Part shown: positions 1-9,013 of the stretch, piece by piece | Layout: every line of letters begins with the position of its first letter | Numbering within the stretch: position 1 is the stretch's first letter | NCBI RefSeq assembly: GCF_001017655.1 | Contig: NZ_CP010904.1 | Location: 1,470,001 to 1,502,000 of the forward strand | DNA: 32,000 bases | From: Kiritimatiella glycovorans | GTDB lineage: Bacteria > Verrucomicrobiota > Kiritimatiellia > Kiritimatiellales > Kiritimatiellaceae | Direction of reading: 5' to 3' | Notes under the pieces: model-generated | Database searches by the model: none | The model's input: the letters and a program-made list of their open reading frames with translations, nothing else | What the model was told of the DNA's origin: nothing | Position numbers and translations under genes: made by a program

Positions 1-580
1 TGGTTCCGTAGACATGCATGAGCAGATCCAGGTCATCGAGCAGCCCTTCCGCGAACGCGGAGGCCCAGAGTCCCAGCGAGCTGGGCATCGCGGGCTGCAT
101 GTGAGTGCGCCCGGGCATGGGCACATCCCTGCGCTCCCGTCCCCAGTCGAGCAGCGTTCCGGCCAGACGGGCCGTCTCCGACAGCAGCTCCAGCAGTTCG
201 CGCTTCGTGTACAGACGGAGATCCACCGCCGACTGATCGTTGCGGCTCCGCCCCGTATGGACCCGGCGTCCCGTATCGCCCAGCTCCCGGGTCAGCCGCC
301 TTTCCACGGCGAGGTGGACATCCTGATCCTGCTCGGAGATTCGGAATTTGCCCGCACGGTCGGCGCGGATGATATCTTTCAGCGCCTCGATCACGGCGTC
401 GCATTCCCCGGTACCGATCACGGGCGGATCCACATCCATACGCGAAAGCATTACCACGTGGGCGGCCGTGCCGATGCAGTCCGCCTCCACCAGCTCGCGG
501 TCCCAGGTGCGATCCTCCCCCGCCGTAAAACGGAGCACTTCGGGATCGATATCGCCAACCGTTGTCTTTGTCGTAGCCAT
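1..580 (-). CDS. argH: argininosuccinate lyase, N-terminal portion (gene start in window, runs off the window at position 1)
   Basis: Manual reverse translation from ATG at 580-578: MATTKTTVGDIDPEVLRFTAGEDRTWDRELVEADCIGTAAHVVMLSRMDV...DQDVHLAVERRLTRELGDTGRRVHTGRSRNDQSAVDLRLY...GRTHMQPAMPSSLGLW. HTGRSRNDQ is the fumarate-lyase/ASL signature. It is open to the window edge, so it is absent from the ORF track. The track ORF 14..658(+) is its antisense shadow. Confidence 0.85.
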   Translation of the reverse strand, partial: MATTKTTVGDIDPEVLRFTAGEDRTWDRELVEADCIGTAAHVVMLSRMDVDPPVIGTGECDAVIEALKDIIRADRAGKFRISEQDQDVHLAVERRLTRELGDTGRRVHTGRSRNDQSAVDLRLYTKRELLELLSETARLAGTLLDWGRERRDVPMPGRTHMQPAMPSSLGLWASAFAEGLLDDLDLLMHVYGT

Positions 581-590
581 GGCCTGCTCC

Positions 591-1040
591 TCATGCGCGT
601 CCGCAACTCTCCAGCATCAGCGTCACCGGACCGTCGTTCACCAGTTCCACCCGCATAAGGGCACCGAACCGACCCGTACTCACCGGAATTCCCGCGGATT
701 CCAGTTCACGGACATAGAGTTCGTACAGCGCCCGGCCCCGTTCGGGATCCGCGGCCCCCACAAAACTCGGACGGTTCCCCTTGCGGCAGTCGCCGTAGAG
801 CGTGAACTGACTGACGACCAGGCACGAACCCTTGACGGCGTCCAGCGACTCGTTCATGCGGCCGTCCGCATCCTCGAACATCCGCAGTTTCGCCGTTTTG
901 AGCGCCAGGTGCCGGGCATCCGCCTCCGTATCGCCCTCGCCGACACCCGCGAGCACCAGCGCGCCCCGCCCGATCTCCGCCACGCGGACCCCGTCCACCT
1001 CGACCCCGGCGCTGAGGACCCGCTGGATCACCAGCTTCAT
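591..1040 (-). CDS. dtd: D-aminoacyl-tRNA deacylase
   Basis: 149 aa. MKLVIQRV...A.V.VDG..V..IG.G..VL.GV...D........L..K....R.F.D..G.MN.S......LVVSQFTL.GD..KGNRPSF pattern is typical of Dtd. ATG at 1040, TGA at 591, 10 nt upstream of the argH start. Confidence 0.92.
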   Translation of the reverse strand: MKLVIQRVLSAGVEVDGVRVAEIGRGALVLAGVGEGDTEADARHLALKTAKLRMFEDADGRMNESLDAVKGSCLVVSQFTLYGDCRKGNRPSFVGAADPERGRALYELYVRELESAGIPVSTGRFGALMRVELVNDGPVTLMLESCGRA

Positions 1041-1049
1041 GCCTGCGCC

Positions 1050-2786
1050 TTACTGGGTCGCGTGAGAGACGCGAAAGGCCCGCAGGCGGTTGAGCGCCGC
1101 CGCGATCTCATGGCGGCGCGGACGTGCGAGGTCCCCGCGCAGATCACGGGTCAGTCCCACCAGTCCCTGATTGGTCAGGTCGCGATCGATCAGGTCCAGG
1201 ACCTCGCGCAGCGAGGAACCGGTGTCCATAAACCTGAGGCGCGCGTAATAGAGCACATGGCCGATGGTGTTCATCTGGTGAACGTCCGCGATCTGCGTGA
1301 CGCCGGAGAGATCGACCGTCGAACGGCCGAACCGGATTTCGTGTCCGGACACGACCCCGATGGCGGTATCGTCCACGCCGGACGTCGGGTCGAGGCTGCC
1401 GGGCATGACCCAGCGGCTCCGGTCCAGCAGGGCCGGAAGATCGACCGCGGGAGCGTGCGGCGGTTCCGGATAATGCCCGTCCGCAGCCCCGGCATCGATC
1501 TGCGTCAGCCGGTTGCCTTCGAAACGGAAGACCGTGTCCGCGGAAGAGAGGTATTCCGCGGTCAGCGATGAACCGACCACGATCATGGAGAGTCCGAGAT
1601 CGTCCACCATGGCCCTCGCGCGCGACGAAATCGGGATCCGTTCCGGCTTTTCCAGCAGCCCGCGGCCAGCCGGGGCGCCCGACAGGAATTCGGGCGAGGA
1701 GCTGTCCTCGTCGAAAATCAGAACCCGGCCGCCGGACTCGAGCGCTTCCATCGTCGAGGCCGCCTGCGACTCGAACGCGTCCGCGCACTCGGTCGAGTAA
1801 TCGACCCAGGCATCCCGCGTATCGCCGTCGGCATAGAAGGGGCTGAGATCCATCCGGCGGATGCTGCGCCCGAGCTCGGATCCGATATGGACCGCGTCCG
1901 AGACCGTCACCACCATCTCGCGCCCGTCGCCGAGCACATGGTTATAAATTCCATCCGAAAGCGCCCGGATCAGGTCCCTGCGTTCTCTTCCGCCCTCACA
2001 TACGATCACGGTCAGACCGGCGGGGATACCCAGTCCCCGGACAGTGCCCGCGTTGGGAACCTCCAGTTCCGCCATCTGATCCTCGTCAACCATCAGGGGC
2101 TCGCCCGTCTCGGTGTCAGGAGTGCCGTCGAGACAGCGACGCGCCGTCAGCGCCCCCTCGCCTATAAAGGAGACCAGTCCGCGGGTCGGGAGGAGCTGGC
2201 GCACGCGCGTGGCATCCTCCATGAGACATACCGCCTGCTGCACATAATCGCGGTCCACATTGCAGTACAGCATGCCCGCATTGACCGCCACCGGGAGTTC
2301 GTCGAAAAAGATCCTCTCCGCCGCGCCGCCGTCGATCACCCGTTCATCCTGACCGAAGGCATACGGCAGGGTTTTGTACGGGAGCGAGATCCAGATGCGG
2401 GCTTCGACGTATTCCTTGGTCACCAGCATCGCCGTACGCGGAAGGATGGCCTGTCCCGGGGAGGCCACGTAAATGTGCCGCCGGGCCGTGCCGTCGGGCC
2501 CGAACTGCGCCATGCGGGCCAGTTCGGCATCGAACGAACGTATCAGGCAGTCTTCGAGGGCGGTTCTGCGCACCGGCGAGTCGAACAGATCGGCGGGAAA
2601 TCCGGCCAGATTCTGGGGAATGCGCAGCGTGAACGCGAGCCGCGGCTGCTCCGCGTTGAATCCCGATTCCGCGACGCGCAGCACAAAACGTCCGAAATCA
2701 CAGTCCTGGATCAGACGCTCGTAGTCCGCGAACGGCTTCCCGTCCAATTCTCTGAGCATCCGGTGAAATTCGTGTTTCTCGATCAT
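1050..2786 (-). CDS. ABC-class ATPase domain protein (COG3044 / ABC_ATPase family, function unknown)
   Basis: 578 aa. The N-terminus MLRELDGKPFADYERLIQDCDFGRFVLRV...RIPQ resembles the conserved start of COG3044 'predicted ATPase of the ABC class', and the size fits. A strong AAGGAGAAGAGG RBS lies upstream of ATG 2786. Confidence 0.75.
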   Translation of the reverse strand: MIEKHEFHRMLRELDGKPFADYERLIQDCDFGRFVLRVAESGFNAEQPRLAFTLRIPQNLAGFPADLFDSPVRRTALEDCLIRSFDAELARMAQFGPDGTARRHIYVASPGQAILPRTAMLVTKEYVEARIWISLPYKTLPYAFGQDERVIDGGAAERIFFDELPVAVNAGMLYCNVDRDYVQQAVCLMEDATRVRQLLPTRGLVSFIGEGALTARRCLDGTPDTETGEPLMVDEDQMAELEVPNAGTVRGLGIPAGLTVIVCEGGRERRDLIRALSDGIYNHVLGDGREMVVTVSDAVHIGSELGRSIRRMDLSPFYADGDTRDAWVDYSTECADAFESQAASTMEALESGGRVLIFDEDSSSPEFLSGAPAGRGLLEKPERIPISSRARAMVDDLGLSMIVVGSSLTAEYLSSADTVFRFEGNRLTQIDAGAADGHYPEPPHAPAVDLPALLDRSRWVMPGSLDPTSGVDDTAIGVVSGHEIRFGRSTVDLSGVTQIADVHQMNTIGHVLYYARLRFMDTGSSLREVLDLIDRDLTNQGLVGLTRDLRGDLARPRRHEIAAALNRLRAFRVSHATQ

Positions 2787-2830
2787 CCCGCCTCTTCTCC
2801 TTTAGCCTGCGCCATGCAGCCCGGCGTACT

Positions 2831-3112
2831 TCAGCCGGTCTTGCCTTCAGATTTACCCGTTTCCTTGCCGCCGGACGACTCGCCGCCCGAGGACGCTTTT
2901 TTCTCCTCTGCCGCCCGCTTCCGGTACGATTCGCTCCGGTAGTCCGTGGCGTAAAACCCCTCGCCTTTGAAAATCACGCCCGCGCCCGCCGAAAGCAGCC
3001 GGCGCACCGCGCCACGGCATTTCGGGCAGCGCTTGGCCGGCGCGTCCGAAATCCGCTGGAATTTCTCGAAATGGTGACCGCACTTGCGGCATTCATACTC
3101 ATAGGTCGGCAT
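2831..3112 (-). CDS. FmdB-family zinc-ribbon putative regulatory protein
   Basis: MPTYEYECRKCGHHFEKFQRISDAPAKRCPKCRG is the CxxC...CxxC zinc ribbon with the MPxYEYxC start diagnostic of the FmdB family. I use the internal ATG at 3112 rather than the track start at 3145. The tail is low-complexity and rich in G, S, E and K. Confidence 0.85.
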   Translation of the reverse strand: MPTYEYECRKCGHHFEKFQRISDAPAKRCPKCRGAVRRLLSAGAGVIFKGEGFYATDYRSESYRKRAAEEKKASSGGESSGGKETGKSEGKTG

Positions 3113-3184
3113 GCGACACTCCCTTGTACTCAAGACCCTCACCAAATAGCGCGCGATACTAGGTTAGCCCTGTTCCGTCTGTCA

Positions 3185-3215
3185 AACCGGAAACGTCCGG
3201 CTGCGTGCGGCCGGT
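3185..3215 (-). terminator. possible weak intrinsic terminator after xseB
   Basis: Minus-strand reading: AACCGGCCGCACGCAGCCGGACGUUUCCGGUUUGAC. This gives a short CCGGA-CGUU-UCCGG stem followed by UUU. The stem is only 5 bp, so the call is weak. Confidence 0.25.
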
Positions 3216-3470
3216 TTACTCCGTGTCTTCCTCAAACGCCTCGGCATCCGGCGTTCCGTCTTCCCGCTGCACCAGCTTTTCGATGCGCCGTTCGACCTCG
3301 TCGAGTTTCGCGGAGCAGGACTTGACCAGGCGCGAACCTTCTTCAAAACGCGCGATCATCTCGTCGAGGCTCAACGCTCCGGCCTCCATCTCCTCCACGA
3401 TCGTTTCGAGGCGCGCCAGCGCGTCCTCGAACTTCTGCGGCTGTTCAGTCCGTGTGTGCTCGTCTGTCAT
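3216..3470 (-). CDS. xseB: exodeoxyribonuclease VII small subunit
   Basis: FEDALARLETIVEEMEAGALSLDEMIARFEEGSRLVKSCSAKLDEVERRIEKL is the classic XseB helix-hairpin pattern. I prefer ATG 3470 because GGGAGG lies 9 nt upstream. The track start at 3479 has no spacer. The gene overlaps the xseA 3-prime end. Confidence 0.88.
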   Translation of the reverse strand: MTDEHTRTEQPQKFEDALARLETIVEEMEAGALSLDEMIARFEEGSRLVKSCSAKLDEVERRIEKLVQREDGTPDAEAFEEDTE

Positions 3471-4824
3471 GGGTTCCATCCTCCCGTATCCGATCCACTG
3501 TCGATTCCACTTCGCCGCGGCTCAGCACGGTAATCAGGCGTGCTCCCCGCGCCAGATCCGAGGCGCTCCGCACCACCGAGCCGTCTTCCCGCCGAGTAAG
3601 GCTGTATCCGCGATCGAGTACCCTGAAGGGATTCAGGGTGTCGAGTTTGCCGGCCGCGCGCTCGATCGCATGCCGGCGCGAGGCGCAATAGTCCCGGACC
3701 GCGACGCGCATGGCCGTTCCTGTACCCTCCGTTTCCCTGCGCGCCTCCCGGACGGCGTCCCGGGTGGCGGCCTGCAGTCGCTGCGCCGCTCCCGCGAGCC
3801 GCGGACGAACGTTCGTGCGAGCGTTCAGCGCATGGCGCATGCGTCGGTCGAGTCCGTCCAGGCGCTGCCGGTGCTGCCCGATCAGTTGGGACGGCTCGCG
3901 GAAGACGTAGCTACCGGCGAGCAGGTCCACGCGGTGGCGCAGTCGGGCGATCTGCTGCCCGGCCAGGCGCCGCATACGCCACTGGCTGCGGTCCAGCCGC
4001 TCCCTGAAATCCGCTTTGCGTCCCACCACCAGTTCCGCCGCGGCCGACGGAGTCGGTGCGCGGTGGTCGGCCGCGAAATCACAGATCGTGAAATCGACCT
4101 CGTGCCCCACCGCGGAGATCACCGGCACGGCTGAGGCGGCCACCGCGCGGGCAACCCTCTCCTCGTTGAACGCCCAGAGGTCCTCGAGGCTTCCTCCCCC
4201 GCGGCCGGCGATCAGCACATCCGGCCGGAACGGCCCGCGGCCGCCGCCCGCGGACGGGAGCGCGTTGAGCGCCTCGATCGCCGTCGCGATCTCTTCCGCG
4301 GCCCCGGCCCCCTGCACCTTCGCCGGCGCCAGCAGCAGGTGGACATCGGGAAATCTACGGTCGAGCACCTGGATGATGTCCCGTATCGCGGCGCCGGTCG
4401 GCGAGGTGACCACCCCGATGCAGCGGGGAAGCATGGGAAGCGGGCGTTTCCGCTCGGGCGCGAACAGTCCTTCGGCGTCCAGTTTCCTCTTCAGCTCTTC
4501 GAACCGGGCCATGAGCGCGCCGCGGCCCGCCGCCTCGAGGCGGCGGAAGACCACCTGGTACTGCCCCCGGGGCTCGTAGACCGTCACCCTGCCGGTCCCG
4601 CGCACCTGCATGCCGTCCTCGAGCGCCAGATCGAGCTTTGCGGCGTCGCGCCGGAAGAGCACGCCGCTCAACTGGGCCCGATCGTCCTTGAGCGTGAAAT
4701 AGCAGTGCCCCGACGCCGGGCGTCGCAGACCGGAGATCTCGCCCTCGACCCATACCGTCCCGAGGTCGTCTTCCAGCAGCGTGCGGATGCGGCGCGTCAG
4801 CTCGCTGACCCCGTACACCTTCAC
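3445..4824 (-). CDS. xseA: exodeoxyribonuclease VII large subunit
   Basis: VYGVSELTRRIRTLLEDDLGTVWVEGEISGLRRPASGHCYFTLKD...IGVVTSPTGAAIRDI...RGGGSLEDLWAFNEE...VPVISAVGHEVDFTI are typical XseA OB-fold and catalytic motifs. The likely start is GTG at 4824, forming a GTGA overlap with the stop of the upstream gene. The track extension to 5088 overlaps that gene and is Arg/Gly-rich, so it looks like junk. Confidence 0.9.
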   Translation of the reverse strand: MKVYGVSELTRRIRTLLEDDLGTVWVEGEISGLRRPASGHCYFTLKDDRAQLSGVLFRRDAAKLDLALEDGMQVRGTGRVTVYEPRGQYQVVFRRLEAAGRGALMARFEELKRKLDAEGLFAPERKRPLPMLPRCIGVVTSPTGAAIRDIIQVLDRRFPDVHLLLAPAKVQGAGAAEEIATAIEALNALPSAGGGRGPFRPDVLIAGRGGGSLEDLWAFNEERVARAVAASAVPVISAVGHEVDFTICDFAADHRAPTPSAAAELVVGRKADFRERLDRSQWRMRRLAGQQIARLRHRVDLLAGSYVFREPSQLIGQHRQRLDGLDRRMRHALNARTNVRPRLAGAAQRLQAATRDAVREARRETEGTGTAMRVAVRDYCASRRHAIERAAGKLDTLNPFRVLDRGYSLTRREDGSVVRSASDLARGARLITVLSRGEVESTVDRIREDGTHDRRAHTD

Positions 4825-5600
4825 GAAACGATCTCCCGGATGCGTTCGATCGCTTCGGCCCGGCCCGTGGCCTGGTCGATGGTGATCCGCACCGCCTCGA
4901 GCACCGCTTCGCCCTTCGCCACGCCGAATCGCTGGGGCACATGGGTGATGAATTTCTCCAGCACGGGTTCGATCTCGCGTCCGAGCACGGAATTGCGCGG
5001 TCCGGTCATGCCGACGTCCGTAATGCAGGCCGTGCCGCCCGGGAGCACGCGCTCGTCGGACGTCTGCACGTGAGTATGCGTCCCGCACACCGCGGCGGCG
5101 CGGCCGTCGAGATAGCGCCCCATGGCGATCTTTTCAGAGGTGGCCTCGGCGTGAAAATCCACGATTCGCACCCGCGCGGGCGCGCGGGCCTCCTTCAGGG
5201 CGTCGTCGGCGGCGCGGAACGGGCAGTCGTTCGGCCCCATGAACGTCCGGCCGATCAGCGACAGCACCGTGACGGGACCCGAGGGGGTGTCGATGCGCAG
5301 ATCCCCGCGTCCGGGCGCGCCGGGCGGCATGTTCGCCGGGCGGAGAATCCTGCGCTCGGACGCGATGTGCGCGATCATCTCGCGGTCGTCCCAGGCGTGG
5401 TCGCCGAGCGTCAGGACGTCGGCGCCCGCCTCGAACAGCGCGTCGGCGATCGACGGGCCCGGCCCGCGCCCGCCGGCCGCATTCTCCGCGTTGGCGATCA
5501 CGAGATCGAGCCCCCGGTCGCGCCGCCACTCCGGCACCAGACGCTGAAACGCCGTGCGTCCCGGACGCCCCACGATATCGCCCACAAACAGAACTTCCAC
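4821..5600 (-). CDS. ymdB: YmdB-like metallophosphoesterase (TIGR00282 family, 2',3'-cyclic-nucleotide phosphodiesterase-like)
   Basis: 259 aa. MEVLFVGDIVGRPGR...DLVIANAENAAGG.G......L...GADV.T.GDH.WD......I.......LRPAN.P...PG.G...DFHAEATSEK.A.G.YLDGR..AV.GTHTHVQT.DE..LP.GTA.ITDVGMTG. GTG start at 5600. Confidence 0.85.
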   Translation of the reverse strand: MEVLFVGDIVGRPGRTAFQRLVPEWRRDRGLDLVIANAENAAGGRGPGPSIADALFEAGADVLTLGDHAWDDREMIAHIASERRILRPANMPPGAPGRGDLRIDTPSGPVTVLSLIGRTFMGPNDCPFRAADDALKEARAPARVRIVDFHAEATSEKIAMGRYLDGRAAAVCGTHTHVQTSDERVLPGGTACITDVGMTGPRNSVLGREIEPVLEKFITHVPQRFGVAKGEAVLEAVRITIDQATGRAEAIERIREIVS

Positions 5601-5663
5601 CGTCTTCCTCCGTTTCCCCCTTGCATCGGGGGCATCCTTATGTAAAACAAATGTTTTTTGCCC

Positions 5664-5691
5664 TTGATGCTTCGTCGCGGCGAATTATAGT
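5664..5691 (+). promoter_or_regulatory. candidate sigma-70-type promoter for fusA
   Basis: TTGATG (5664-5669), a 16-nt spacer, then TATAGT (5686-5691). It sits in the only AT-rich patch of the ymdB/fusA divergent intergenic region, about 55 nt upstream of the fusA ATG. Confidence 0.35.
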
Positions 5692-5747
5692 TCGCCGCTC
5701 TTTGTCAACAGCATCGCAACCATCATACAGCCAGCGGGAGACATACC

Positions 5748-7835
5748 ATGGCACGGAAGGTACCGCTTTCCAAAGTTCGAAATATTGGAATCATGGCGCA
5801 CATCGACGCCGGGAAAACCACGGTGACCGAGCGCATCCTCTATTACACGGGACGTTCGCACAAACTGGGCGAAGTCCACGACGGCGCGGCCGTGATGGAC
5901 TGGATGAGCCAGGAGCAGGAACGCGGCATCACCATCACCTCCGCCGCGACGACGTGTTCCTGGAGGGATCACATGATCTCGATCATCGACACGCCCGGCC
6001 ACGTGGACTTCACGATGGAGGTCGAGCGCAGCCTCCGCGTGCTGGACGGTTCGATCGCCCTGTTCTGCGCCGTGGGCGGGGTCCAGCCGCAGTCCGAAAA
6101 GGTCTGGCACCAGTCGGAGCGGTACAGCGTGCCGAAAATAGCCTTCATCAACAAGATGGACCGCATCGGGGCGGACTTCTTCGGCGTGGTCGAGTCGATC
6201 CAGGGGGAACTCGGCGCCAACGCGGTTCCGGTCGTCGTACCCATCGGCAGCGGAGAGGATTTCGAGGGACTGATCGACCTGATCAAAATGAAGGCCGTGT
6301 ATTACGAGGATAAATCCTACGGCAAGGATTTCCGCGAAGAGGACATCCCGGAAGCATGGCTGCAGGAGGCGCGCAAATGGCGCCAGAACCTCGTCGAGAA
6401 ATGCGCCGAACAGGACGAGGAGCTGCTCGAGAAGTTCCTCGAGCATGACGATCTCAGCGAAGACGACATCTGGGGCATCCTGCGGCGTGCGACGATCGCC
6501 CGTGAGGTCGTGCCCGTGTACTGCGGGTCCGCGTTCAAGAACAAGGGCGTCCAGCGGCTGCTCGACGGGGTCGTCAACATTCTCCCCTCCCCCGAACAGA
6601 TCCCGCCGATCATCTGCGAAGAGGACGAGAGCAAGCGGCGCAAGGTCGACGACGAGGAGAAGTTCTCCGCCCTGGCGTTCAAAATCGTGGCCGACAAGCA
6701 CATGGGCAAGCTGACCTATATCCGGATCTATTCCGGCACGCTGGGGTCGGGCGTCAATGTCTTCAACAGCACGCAGGACCGCCGGCAGCGCGTGGGCCGC
6801 ATCCTCCGCATGCACGCCAACCGGCAGGAGGCGGTCGAGGAGGCCCATGCCGGGGACATCGTTGCGATCGTGGGGCTCTCGGACACCAAGACCGGCGATA
6901 CGCTGTGCACGGAAGACGATCCGATTCACCTTGAGGCGATCGAATTCCCCGCGCCGGTGATGTCGATCTCGATCAAGCCGGAGACCTCGGCCGACAACGA
7001 GAAGCTCGGCGAGGCGCTGCATCGTCTTTCGGACGAGGACCCGACGTTCACGGTGTCGCTCGATCCCGAGACACATGAAACGATCATCTCCGGAATGGGC
7101 GAGCTGCACCTCGAAATCATCGTCGACCGCCTGAAACGGGAGTTCAATCTCGCCGCCGAGATCGGCCGCCCCGAGGTGGCCTACCGCGAGACCGCCACCT
7201 CCCCGGTGGAAGGCTCGTACAAGCACGCCAAGCAGTCCGGCGGACGCGGGCAGTACGGCCATGTGGTCATGACGGTCGAGCCGATCGACCCCGGCCAGGG
7301 ATTCGAATTCGTCAACGAAATCACCGGCGGGCGCATCCCTTCCGAGTACATCCCCTCCGTGGAGAAGGGCATCATCAATGCCATGAGCACCGGCCCCTTC
7401 GCCGGCTATCCGGTCGTGGACATGCGGGTACGGCTGCAGGACGGATCCTATCACGATGTGGATTCAAGCGAGTTCGCATTCCAGACGGCGGGCTTTCACG
7501 GCTTCCGCGCGCTCTTTCTTAAAGGCAACCCGCAGCTCCTCGAGCCGGTGATGTCGGTCGAGATCACCACGCCGGAGGAATTCATGGGTGCGGTCTCGGG
7601 TTCGGTCTGCCAGCGTCGCGGAAGGGTCGAGTCCATGAACGAAAGCCGCGGCGGCATGAAGGTCATCCGCGGGATGGTGCCGCTGAGCGAAATGTTCGGC
7701 TACGCGAATTCGCTGCGGTCCCAGACTCAGGGGCGCGCGAGTTTCTCGATGCATTTCGAGCACTACGAGGCCGTTCCGTGGTCGATCGCGGAAGAAGTGG
7801 TGAAGAAGCGCCGCGAAGAAGGGAAAGTGAACTGA
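5748..7835 (+). CDS. fusA: translation elongation factor G
   Basis: 695 aa. [67 protein letters not shown] and FINKMDR are the GTPase G1-G4 motifs, and the C-terminal domains IV-V are present. GGGAGA RBS. Confidence 0.95.
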   Translation: MARKVPLSKVRNIGIMAHIDAGKTTVTERILYYTGRSHKLGEVHDGAAVMDWMSQEQERGITITSAATTCSWRDHMISIIDTPGHVDFTMEVERSLRVLDGSIALFCAVGGVQPQSEKVWHQSERYSVPKIAFINKMDRIGADFFGVVESIQGELGANAVPVVVPIGSGEDFEGLIDLIKMKAVYYEDKSYGKDFREEDIPEAWLQEARKWRQNLVEKCAEQDEELLEKFLEHDDLSEDDIWGILRRATIAREVVPVYCGSAFKNKGVQRLLDGVVNILPSPEQIPPIICEEDESKRRKVDDEEKFSALAFKIVADKHMGKLTYIRIYSGTLGSGVNVFNSTQDRRQRVGRILRMHANRQEAVEEAHAGDIVAIVGLSDTKTGDTLCTEDDPIHLEAIEFPAPVMSISIKPETSADNEKLGEALHRLSDEDPTFTVSLDPETHETIISGMGELHLEIIVDRLKREFNLAAEIGRPEVAYRETATSPVEGSYKHAKQSGGRGQYGHVVMTVEPIDPGQGFEFVNEITGGRIPSEYIPSVEKGIINAMSTGPFAGYPVVDMRVRLQDGSYHDVDSSEFAFQTAGFHGFRALFLKGNPQLLEPVMSVEITTPEEFMGAVSGSVCQRRGRVESMNESRGGMKVIRGMVPLSEMFGYANSLRSQTQGRASFSMHFEHYEAVPWSIAEEVVKKRREEGKVN

Positions 7836-7858
7836 GTCGGAAAAAGCCGGGTGTCCCG

Positions 7859-8929
7859 TCAGTCCGAACGATCTGACGAGTCCGGTCTTCCCGCCTCGCT
7901 CACCCGGAATTCTTTCCCTTCGAAATTCCGCAGCGTCCAGCCCCCGTCGCACGGTTCGAGCGGATCGTCCGAGAGCAGCGGGATCTTGCCGCCGCCTCCG
8001 GGGGCATCGACCACGAACTGGGGAATCGCCGGACCGGCGATGCGCCCGTGGAGCGACCGGATCAGTTCGATTCCCCTGCGGACCGGCGTCCGGAAGGACG
8101 CGGTTCCGATGGCGGGGTCGCACTGGAGAAGATAGTACGGCTTCACCCGGCACTCCAGCAGGCGGTAGAAGAGTTCCGTCAGCACGGGCGCCGAATCGTT
8201 GACCCCCCGCAGCAACACGGTCTGCGCGATCATCGGCACCCCGGCGTCCGCAAGCCGGTCCAGGGCCCCGCACGTTTCCGGACTCAGCTCGTCCGGATGC
8301 ACGAAATGCAGGCTGAGCCATGCCCGGTGACGACGCAGCAGGCGGCAGAGGCCGGGCGTAATTCTTTCGGGAAGCACGGCCGGTATTTTCGAGCCGACAC
8401 GCAGGGTGCGGATATGGTTCACCGCCCGAATCGAACCGAGCAGCCCGTCGAGCCGCTCATCCGCCAGCACGAGCGGATCGCCGCCCGAGACGAGAACATC
8501 CCGGATCCCGGTTTGAGACTTCAGCCAGCGCAGGCGGGGCCCGTCCTCCAGCGCATCGTCCCCGTCCTTTCCGACGCGCCTCCGGCGCGTGCAGTAGCGG
8601 CAGTACACGGCGCAGCGGCTGGTGGCGAGCCACAACACCTTTTCCGGATACGTATGAACCAGCCCCGGGAGAGGCATGTGCGCCTCCTCTCCGAGCGGAT
8701 CGACCCTTTCCCCCGCCGCGCCGTCGCGTTCCGGAACGGCCGGGATCAGCGTCCTGCGAAGCGGGTGCGAGGGTCCGAGACGATCGAGCAGCGAGGCGCT
8801 GTGCGGGGTCAGGCGGGGAAACGGCGGGCGGGCGCATTCGCAGTTCCGCCGTTCCGTTTCGGTGATCGTGCGCAGACTGAGCGGCGAAAGGGAGGATAAT
8901 GATTTGAAATAGCGCGGCATTTGCCCCAT
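7859..8929 (-). CDS. KamA-family radical SAM aminomutase (lysine 2,3-aminomutase / EpmB-like)
   Basis: Radical SAM box SRCAVYCRYCTRR (CxxxCxxC), followed by DVLVSGGDPL, YYLLQCD and VVDAPGGGGKIPL, all typical of the KamA/YjeK family. I use ATG 8929 (alternative 8920). The track start at 9085 would run through the divergent intergenic region. Confidence 0.85.
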   Translation of the reverse strand: MGQMPRYFKSLSSLSPLSLRTITETERRNCECARPPFPRLTPHSASLLDRLGPSHPLRRTLIPAVPERDGAAGERVDPLGEEAHMPLPGLVHTYPEKVLWLATSRCAVYCRYCTRRRRVGKDGDDALEDGPRLRWLKSQTGIRDVLVSGGDPLVLADERLDGLLGSIRAVNHIRTLRVGSKIPAVLPERITPGLCRLLRRHRAWLSLHFVHPDELSPETCGALDRLADAGVPMIAQTVLLRGVNDSAPVLTELFYRLLECRVKPYYLLQCDPAIGTASFRTPVRRGIELIRSLHGRIAGPAIPQFVVDAPGGGGKIPLLSDDPLEPCDGGWTLRNFEGKEFRVSEAGRPDSSDRSD

Positions 8930-9013
8930 ATCTTTTCCCGAACTCCGGAGCCGCTTCCGCGGCCCGCTCCGGCGAGGTTGAAACGAGGCCCATACAAACA
9001 CAGGAACGACTCC

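Noticed and set aside
14-658. 214-aa + strand ORF at the window start, and 348..1571 + (407 aa)
   Set aside because: The minus strand encodes argininosuccinate lyase, with the signature HTGRSRNDQ, followed by Dtd and the ABC-class ATPase. The + ORFs cross those gene boundaries and lack motifs.
4825-5088. N-terminal extensions proposed by the ORF track: xseA to 5088, atpA to 22718, kamA-like to 9085, glgP from 8921, lgt from 13779, fmdB to 3145
   Set aside because: The extensions overlap neighbouring genes or divergent promoters, have junk-like composition, and precede the point where family homology begins. Internal starts with RBSs or stop-start coupling are available.
5685-7454. 589-aa ORF antisense to fusA
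   Set aside because: The opposite strand encodes an unmistakable EF-G. The ORF has the R/H/G/A/V/D-rich composition typical of stop-poor antisense frames in GC-rich DNA and contains no recognisable motifs.
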